Part shown: piece after piece, positions 58,394 through 64,000 of the stretch
Layout: every line of letters starts with the position of its first letter
Position numbering within the stretch: the first letter of the stretch is position 1
From: an uncultured Deinococcales bacterium
GTDB taxonomy: Bacteria; Deinococcota; Deinococci; Deinococcales; JAAFIG01
Direction: 5' to 3'
DNA length: 64,000 nt
Assembly (NCBI GenBank): GCA_964247135.1
Contig: CAXTTL010000002.1
Span: 1 to 64,000 of the forward strand
Notes under the pieces: generated by a model
Told to the model about the DNA's origin: nothing
Database searches by the model: none
The model's input: only the letters and a program-made list of their open reading frames with translations
Made by a program: the position numbers and the translations under genes

Positions 58394-59200
58394 ATGCCAA
58401 AAAGGAGTTTCATGCTGCGTTTTGCCGTTTCCAGTTGGGGTCTCGATGGCTTGCTGAATTCTGGGACGTCCTTGCTCGAGTTGATCAAACTTTTGCCAGA
58501 ACACCAGATTGGCACGCTCGAAATCTGCCATTTTCACCTGCCATCCACAGACGCAACCTACCTCGAGACGCTCAAAGTGGGTCTGCAAAGCGCAGGGGTT
58601 GAACTGTTCAGCATTTTGCTGGACGCAGGCAACATTGCCTCGAGCGACCCTGCACAAATAGACGCCGACGATTTGCTGATTCGACATTGGATTGACGTTG
58701 CAGCCAGCCTTGGGGCAGAACGGATTCGGATTGATGCCGGACTTGAGCCTGCAACCCCAGAAGTGATCGCGCAAAGTGCCAGGCGACTTCAAGAATATGC
58801 TCAAATCGCTGCCAGCAAGGGACTTGAAGTCAGCACCGAAAATTGGCACCTCACCAGCCAGAACCCAGAAGTTTTGCTCGAGATTCTCGTGCGTTGCGCC
58901 GGCACAATTGGACTCTGCGCCGATACGGGCAATGCCGAAGCCTCGAGCGACAAGTACCAAACGTTAACTTTACTGCTGCCAAAAGCCAGTTCAGTGCATT
59001 TTAAGCCGCGTTATACCTCAAGTGGAGAAATTGACATGCTTGACCTCGAGCATTGTGTGCGACTGATGAAACAAGCCAACTTTGCTGGCGTTCTGACCCT
59101 TATTTTTGACCACAAACACGACGAATGGCAAGGCATCGCTAGTCTGCGCGACGCCCTGAAATCACGGCTCGAGTCCGTTAATCCTCAATTAATTCGCTGA
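58394..59200 (+). CDS. Sugar-phosphate isomerase/epimerase (xylose-isomerase-like TIM barrel)
   Basis: WIDVAASLGAERIRI, ENW, ADTGN and HFK. Start may be 58412. Confidence 0.75.
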   Translation: MPKRSFMLRFAVSSWGLDGLLNSGTSLLELIKLLPEHQIGTLEICHFHLPSTDATYLETLKVGLQSAGVELFSILLDAGNIASSDPAQIDADDLLIRHWIDVAASLGAERIRIDAGLEPATPEVIAQSARRLQEYAQIAASKGLEVSTENWHLTSQNPEVLLEILVRCAGTIGLCADTGNAEASSDKYQTLTLLLPKASSVHFKPRYTSSGEIDMLDLEHCVRLMKQANFAGVLTLIFDHKHDEWQGIASLRDALKSRLESVNPQLIR

Positions 59201-61457
59201 TGTTGCGCGGGTTGACATCGATTCGCACGCGTACACTGCCCTCCCGAGAGCGCCGCGCAGGCTCGAGCAGGTGTTGCAATCGCTCGAGGTTTTCGGTTTT
59301 GACCAGCAAGTTGAAAACGTAAAGCCCCCGCAATCTTGGAATTGGATTTGGCGCGGGTCCGAGCAATTCGGTTTTGGTCGCGCCACGATCACGGATGAGT
59401 GCGGCAATTTTCTGGGCAGCCTGTTCGGCGTCTTGCACTTTGCGCCCCGCCAGTTGCACCTGCGCCAGTCTGGCGAACGGCGGAAAACTCAAGGCTTCCC
59501 TGGAATCGAGTTCCAATTCTGGAAAGACCTCGGCATTGTGCTGCTCGAGAATTTGAACCAACGCCGGATGCCTGCCCGAAAAGGTTTGCACCAACAACAA
59601 CGGCGCTCGGGTCGGATGCCACTCGAGCAATTGGCGCAGCAAGACATGAAAGCGCTCCGAACTGCGAAAATCTGGATGCGTGTGAAAAGTATCGGCAAAG
59701 GTCAATGCAATCAATGCCAAATCTGGCGGCGGCTCGAGGCTGAGCACCGCCGTCGTGCCGACCACCACCCCAGATTCGCCGCGTTTAAACTTGCTCAGAT
59801 CATCTTTTTGATCGCGGTCATAACGGTAAATGTTGGTTCCTGGCAGCAATTTCTCGAGTTCGGTCTGAATCCATTGCGTGCCAGGACCTTTGGGATTCAA
59901 GACCGTCCCCTCGCATTTGGGGCAGCGTTTGGGCGGTGTGGTCTGATGCCCGCACTGATGACACTCGAGCGTCCGCGATTGGGCATGAAAGCGTAGCGGC
60001 ACGTCGCAGTTGGGGCAGTAGGGCAACCAGGCGCAATCTGGGCATTTGACCAGGGCGCTAAAGCCGCGCCGTGGCGCAATCAGCACGGCTTGGCGTCCAC
60101 GTTCGGCAACCTGTTTCAAAACTTTTTTTAAGGCACTGGAAAGTGGCCACGACTCTTTTGCCACCGCCATGTGGCTCATCGGACCCATTTCGGGCGCGAG
60201 GTTCGGGTTGGCGTAATCGACAATGTGAATCCTCGAGCGCGGCGGCTCGAGCACAATGCCGTGCAAATCCAGACTTTCGACGCTCGGCACAGCCCCTGTG
60301 AACACCAACTTCGCGCCGCTCGATTCCGCGCGGAGTTTCGCCGCGTCCGGCACAAAGACCCTCGAGCCGCCCTGCAACTTCCAGGCGTCCGAACCCTCCT
60401 CCTCGAGCACGATCAATTTGAGGTTTTTGATGGGTGCCAAGAGCGCCATCATCGTGCCAAAAACCACCTTAAAATCGCCCTCTCGAGCGCCAGTCCAAAC
60501 CGCTTGGCGCTCGCGGGCGTTCAAATCAAAATGGAGCATGGCGCTGGAGCGCACGCCGCCCAAGGCTTTGAAGGCACGCTCGAGCCGTCCTCGGTCGGGC
60601 GCGAGGTACAGGACGCCGCCCCTGGTTTCCCGAATCAGTTGCGCGATCATGGCTTGCCGTTCGCGCCAACGCCCACCATGAATCCGCGCCAGGTTCGACT
60701 CGAGCTTGACCACTCTCGGCGCAGGGTCGGTGCTTGGAAACTCGAGTTGCACCGCCGCCACCGCCTCGAAACCGCGATACGCCAAACCCAGCCGCTCGAG
60801 TTTGCTGACCACGCCACTCGAGACGCCAGCATCACGCGCCCATTGTGCCAGACTCTCGCTACGTCCCAAATCTTGCAGGGTTTCCAGCGCCCGCGCCTGC
60901 TTGGGTGTGAGTTTGACATCTTCAGGCTCGAGCGTCGGCTTGATGATTTCCCGCATCGGCTCGAGCAAATTGGCTTCCTCTTCGAGCAAACCTTGCGAAC
61001 GCAAAAACTCGAGCAAACCAGGGTCATGCAATGCCGCGCTCGTCCAATCCTGCAAGGCGTCGGCGCGTGCGGGCAATTCGGCAATGTTCAGCCCTGGCAC
61101 CAGCCGCACCAAGTGTTCGACCTCTTGGCGCAAACCGAACGGCAAGAAATCCTCGAGCACCACACCGAGCGGCGCGAGCGAATATCCCGCCACCGCCTTG
61201 AGTGTCTCGAGCGCGTCGGGCGTCAAAATCGGACTGGTGTCCAAAAGCGCAATCGCATCTTTGAGATGCAAGCCCCGATCCACCCGCGCATCCTCAAGCA
61301 CCTCGAGCACCACTCCAACCCGCGCCCCGCCCTGCCACGGTACGAGCACCCGAGCGCCCAAAGCGGGTGTCTCGGTTTTTAAAGCGCGAAAGTCATACGC
61401 CCCCAGTGGAAGCGGCACGAGCACGCGCCAAATTGTGAATTGCAGATTTGAAGGCAT
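59178..61457 (-). CDS. priA: Primosomal protein N' (PriA) with degenerate helicase motifs
   Basis: GARVLVPW, RRGFS..C..C....CPNC....H....L.CHQCG.....CPKC zinc modules, PDFRSSER, FPPF, LGPAP and RIDVNP. Confidence 0.9.
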   Translation of the reverse strand: MPSNLQFTIWRVLVPLPLGAYDFRALKTETPALGARVLVPWQGGARVGVVLEVLEDARVDRGLHLKDAIALLDTSPILTPDALETLKAVAGYSLAPLGVVLEDFLPFGLRQEVEHLVRLVPGLNIAELPARADALQDWTSAALHDPGLLEFLRSQGLLEEEANLLEPMREIIKPTLEPEDVKLTPKQARALETLQDLGRSESLAQWARDAGVSSGVVSKLERLGLAYRGFEAVAAVQLEFPSTDPAPRVVKLESNLARIHGGRWRERQAMIAQLIRETRGGVLYLAPDRGRLERAFKALGGVRSSAMLHFDLNARERQAVWTGAREGDFKVVFGTMMALLAPIKNLKLIVLEEEGSDAWKLQGGSRVFVPDAAKLRAESSGAKLVFTGAVPSVESLDLHGIVLEPPRSRIHIVDYANPNLAPEMGPMSHMAVAKESWPLSSALKKVLKQVAERGRQAVLIAPRRGFSALVKCPDCAWLPYCPNCDVPLRFHAQSRTLECHQCGHQTTPPKRCPKCEGTVLNPKGPGTQWIQTELEKLLPGTNIYRYDRDQKDDLSKFKRGESGVVVGTTAVLSLEPPPDLALIALTFADTFHTHPDFRSSERFHVLLRQLLEWHPTRAPLLLVQTFSGRHPALVQILEQHNAEVFPELELDSREALSFPPFARLAQVQLAGRKVQDAEQAAQKIAALIRDRGATKTELLGPAPNPIPRLRGLYVFNLLVKTENLERLQHLLEPARRSREGSVRVRIDVNPRNISELIED

Positions 61458-61577
61458 GGTTTCTCGAGGGGTTCTGGGTTGGACAAGTTCTCGAGCGCCA
61501 AAGAACCCCTGAGCACCACTCACAGGGGTTCTGAAATTTGAATTCTCGAGTCTTATAGCTAAAAATCGTTGTTCTCT

Positions 61578-61602
61578 AAGGCGCATGGCAATGCGCCTCT
61601 AC
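61578..61602 (-). repeat. GTAG-type REP element
   Basis: Minus strand GTAGAGGCGCATTGCCATGCGCCTT. Confidence 0.6.
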
Positions 61603-61606
61603 GAAG

Positions 61607-63169
61607 TTATCGCTTTACCGTTGGAACGTACTTGGTTTGCCGCACTCGAGGTTTGTAATTAAACGGCACGGAAAATGGATTGACCCCAGCCGCCAAGTTA
61701 CCAATGTTTGCTCGAGGATCATTCGGGTTGACGCCGTAAATTGCGCCCCAAGGGGTGTACACGCTGAAAATACTGTCGCGGCGAATGCTGCCGTTGTTCA
61801 TTTTGACCACGCGGTCAATCCGCACGTTCATGCCATTTTCGGCGTGATCGATGCGGCGCATCTGCCCGAGCGGCACACGGTCATCGGCTTGAATGCGGCT
61901 CGGTCCTGGCGGCAAAACTCGGGTCACATACGACCTCGAGATGCTGGCTTTACGGTCTGGCTTGGGTCCGAAGAAATCCATTTGCAAACGCTGTGAACGC
62001 AAGTACCAGGTGACTTGCAGGTACAGTGCCGCACCCGTGTCGTTTCTGAAACGCAGGTTTTTGTACGGCGAGAACACGGTGGCTTCAAAACCTGGTGGGT
62101 CGTAATAATGCACGTGATACGAGTGGTAGTTGCGTTCGGTGATCGGCAGTCCAGAAAGATATGCCGCACGGAAGAGTGTGGTTGAAACCTGGCAGATGCC
62201 GCCGCCGATGTCCTTGGCGAGCGTGCCGTTGGCAATGATGAAGCCTTTGACAAAACCTTTGGCTTCGGAGACTTGCACGGTCTTGTTGAAATTAAACTCG
62301 CCACCCGCCGGAATGATGATGCCGTCAAGCTGTTTTGATCCTGCCACAATGTTTTGCACGCGGAACGGCGGCGAACCCCCAAAGCTCGAGTCGCCACCGC
62401 CAAAGTGATAACGAATGCCGGCTTTGTACCAGTTGATCACACCAAAAGCTGGAGGGCTGCGTTTAACAATAATGTTGGCATTGGCTTTGTTGTACTTGAT
62501 TGCCTCGAGCACAAAAGCATTTGAAACTTGACGGTCTGCAAGCCAGGCGCTTTGTTGGCTGGCAATCCAGTTGCCCTTATTCAGGTTCCAACTGGCGTTG
62601 AGGCTGGGGCGCGTCAAACTGCGGTAAATGCCGTTCAAAACGTCTTGCAAGCCACTCGAGATTGCACCAATGCTTCTCGAGCGCGTCACCGAACGTTGCG
62701 GCAGTGTGAAGGTCAGGGTAATCGGTTGGTCGATCAGGTTGCCCGCCTGAATGCGTTGTTCGGTGGTTTGCAGTGTCAAAATCAGTGGTTTAGCCAGGGT
62801 TGGCTTGACGGCTGGCGCGGTATTGGCGGGTTTGGTCGGTTGGGTGCTTGGTTTGACTGGTGCTGGTTTGACTGGTGCTGGTTTGACTGGTGCTGGTTTG
62901 ACGGGGACTGGTTTGACGGGGACTGGTTTGACGGGCACAGGGGTTGGCGTCGGAACGGGTGTCGGTGTTGGCGCAGGTTCAGGCGTCAAATTGGGCAGGG
63001 GTTGACTGGGATCAACTGGCGGCATTGGGTCTGTGACGGGTGTCACAGGCTGAGTTGGGTCACTCGGCTGGGTTGGCGCGGGAGCTGGCGGTGATTGGGT
63101 CGGATCATTCTGCTGTGCCAAAGCCACAGCCAAAACAAAAACCAAGAACAGGGGCAAAAATCGCTTCAC
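61607..63169 (-). CDS. VanW-domain secreted protein with proline-rich linker
   Basis: Signal peptide, Pro-rich linker, RVQNI, FNFN, GGGICQVSTTLFRAA, ERNYHS, EATV and LRFRNDT. Confidence 0.88.
   Translation of the reverse strand: MKRFLPLFLVFVLAVALAQQNDPTQSPPAPAPTQPSDPTQPVTPVTDPMPPVDPSQPLPNLTPEPAPTPTPVPTPTPVPVKPVPVKPVPVKPAPVKPAPVKPAPVKPSTQPTKPANTAPAVKPTLAKPLILTLQTTEQRIQAGNLIDQPITLTFTLPQRSVTRSRSIGAISSGLQDVLNGIYRSLTRPSLNASWNLNKGNWIASQQSAWLADRQVSNAFVLEAIKYNKANANIIVKRSPPAFGVINWYKAGIRYHFGGGDSSFGGSPPFRVQNIVAGSKQLDGIIIPAGGEFNFNKTVQVSEAKGFVKGFIIANGTLAKDIGGGICQVSTTLFRAAYLSGLPITERNYHSYHVHYYDPPGFEATVFSPYKNLRFRNDTGAALYLQVTWYLRSQRLQMDFFGPKPDRKASISRSYVTRVLPPGPSRIQADDRVPLGQMRRIDHAENGMNVRIDRVVKMNNGSIRRDSIFSVYTPWGAIYGVNPNDPRANIGNLAAGVNPFSVPFNYKPRVRQTKYVPTVKR
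62849..62938. repeat. Six 15-bp coding tandem repeats (KPAPV/KPVPV)
   Basis: TGGTTTGACTGGTGC x3, TGGTTTGACGGGGAC x2, TGGTTTGACGGGCAC. Confidence 0.9.
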
Positions 63170-63249
63170 GTTATTAGTTTACTGGAGATTTCAGTTTTTT
63201 TCAGTAACTTTGAACCAAAGCGTCAAACACAACCTCAACTCGAGCGGCA

Positions 63250-64000
63250 TCAAACCAGGGCAAAGGGGGCTGCGAGTCCAGATTGCGCCACATTTCTTGC
63301 CTCGAGCGGCAACCATTGCAGTGCCAATGCCGCTGTGTAGGCTCGAATCGCGTGCTGGCGTTCACCCATCAAATCCCGCACTTGCCCGAGCCTCGAGAGC
63401 ACAAACCCTGGCAAATAGGCTGGGCGATCAAATTGACCCATCGCCACCGCCTCGAGCAAATCCCTGGCGCTTTCCAGATCGCCCACCGCCAGGTACACGC
63501 CGCTGGCGGCAAACCGCGCCTCGAGCGCCATCCGTCCGAGCGCCGAATCTGGAGCGCCGTCAAGCTCGAGCAAGGAATGCACTAAAATATCCAGATCGTC
63601 GTTTTCGTGCAGGTTGTACGCCCGATCCACCACGGCGCGGAATCTCGAGGCTTCGCCTGGTTTAAAACCGTCCAGGTTTACGGTCTCGAATCCCATCTCG
63701 AGCAAGTCTGGCAGGTCGTCGAGCGGTGTCAACACGATCTCATCTTGTTGTGCCTCGAGTTTGGCTGCCAATTCTTTCAGCCTGCGTTTGCGGTGCGCCG
63801 TGCCAGGTCCTTCCTCGAGGATTGTCGCACTTTTTCTGTGAAAAGTTTTTACGCTTTCCAGCACGGGCAATTCTGGGACAAGTCCATGAATCGAAAACGC
63901 ATCGAGCGGTTTCTCGAGCATGTCTTTTAAATCCAATTCGGCGCGGCGCAATTCTCGCAATCGTTCCAAACCTTGCGGGTACATTTTTAAGAACCCGAGC
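63250..64000 (-). CDS. Hypothetical TPR-containing protein, probably 5'-truncated by the window
   Basis: The frame stays open past ATG 63984 to the window edge; C-terminal TPR-like RLGQVRDLMGERQHAIRAY. Confidence 0.7.
   Translation of the reverse strand, partial: LGFLKMYPQGLERLRELRRAELDLKDMLEKPLDAFSIHGLVPELPVLESVKTFHRKSATILEEGPGTAHRKRRLKELAAKLEAQQDEIVLTPLDDLPDLLEMGFETVNLDGFKPGEASRFRAVVDRAYNLHENDDLDILVHSLLELDGAPDSALGRMALEARFAASGVYLAVGDLESARDLLEAVAMGQFDRPAYLPGFVLSRLGQVRDLMGERQHAIRAYTAALALQWLPLEARNVAQSGLAAPFALV

Noticed and set aside
1069-61512. Long antisense or alternate-frame ORFs (e.g. 1069-1923, 9257-10195, 35542-36663, 47218-48159, 60171-61382)
   Set aside because: They shadow well-supported genes, carry no recognisable motifs, and are expected from codon bias.
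3062-61586. N-terminal extensions in the ORF track for E2, pilC, menC, Nudix, glyQS, aldehyde dehydrogenase and priA
   Set aside because: Downstream starts have SD or leaderless signals or match the family N-terminus; the extensions overlap the T-box, REPs or neighbouring genes.
61607-63169. VanW as evidence of vancomycin resistance
   Set aside because: VanW domains are widespread, and there are no vanHAX or vanRS genes in the window.
1-64000. CTCGAG abundance as an XhoI cloning or concatemer artefact
   Set aside because: The sites sit in frame within intact conserved genes in all three phases and do not break reading frames.
1-64000. Prophage, IS element, tRNA or rRNA genes
   Set aside because: No integrase, transposase, phage structural gene, cloverleaf or rRNA motif was recognised by eye.

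Overview
A 64-kb gene-dense chromosomal segment, most likely from a Deinococcota (Deinococcales-like) bacterium. This assignment is inferred from the degenerate PriA, the T-box-controlled alpha2-type GlyRS, the NSAR/OSBS-GNAT pair, Deinococcus-style lipoproteins and many leaderless TANNNT-N5-7-start promoters. Housekeeping genes include a 2-oxoacid dehydrogenase E1a/E1b/E2 operon, pilC, scpB, aroE, menC, glyQS, gabT plus an aldehyde dehydrogenase, meaB, ftsH, minDE and priA. They are interspersed with signalling and surface-protein loci. No CRISPR, rRNA, tRNA, prophage or transposase was seen. The main observations are: (1) extreme, frame-independent over-representation of the palindrome CTCGAG (18 copies hand-counted in the first 2 kb), which is also built into terminators and promoters; (2) an operon pairing a beta-grasp-like protein ending in Gly-Gly with a 1622-aa DUF4132-type protein, behind a promoter with a terminator/antiterminator leader; (3) a lipoprotein subtilase carrying three tandem SIAAWAGG peptides, followed by a soluble TPR histidine kinase (candidate peptide-signalling module); (4) a BTAD/SARP regulator with two matching TAACGC-N5-TAACGC boxes exactly 8 nt upstream of -10 elements, defining a local surface-protein regulon. 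All family assignments are from motif recognition only; no database searches were run.
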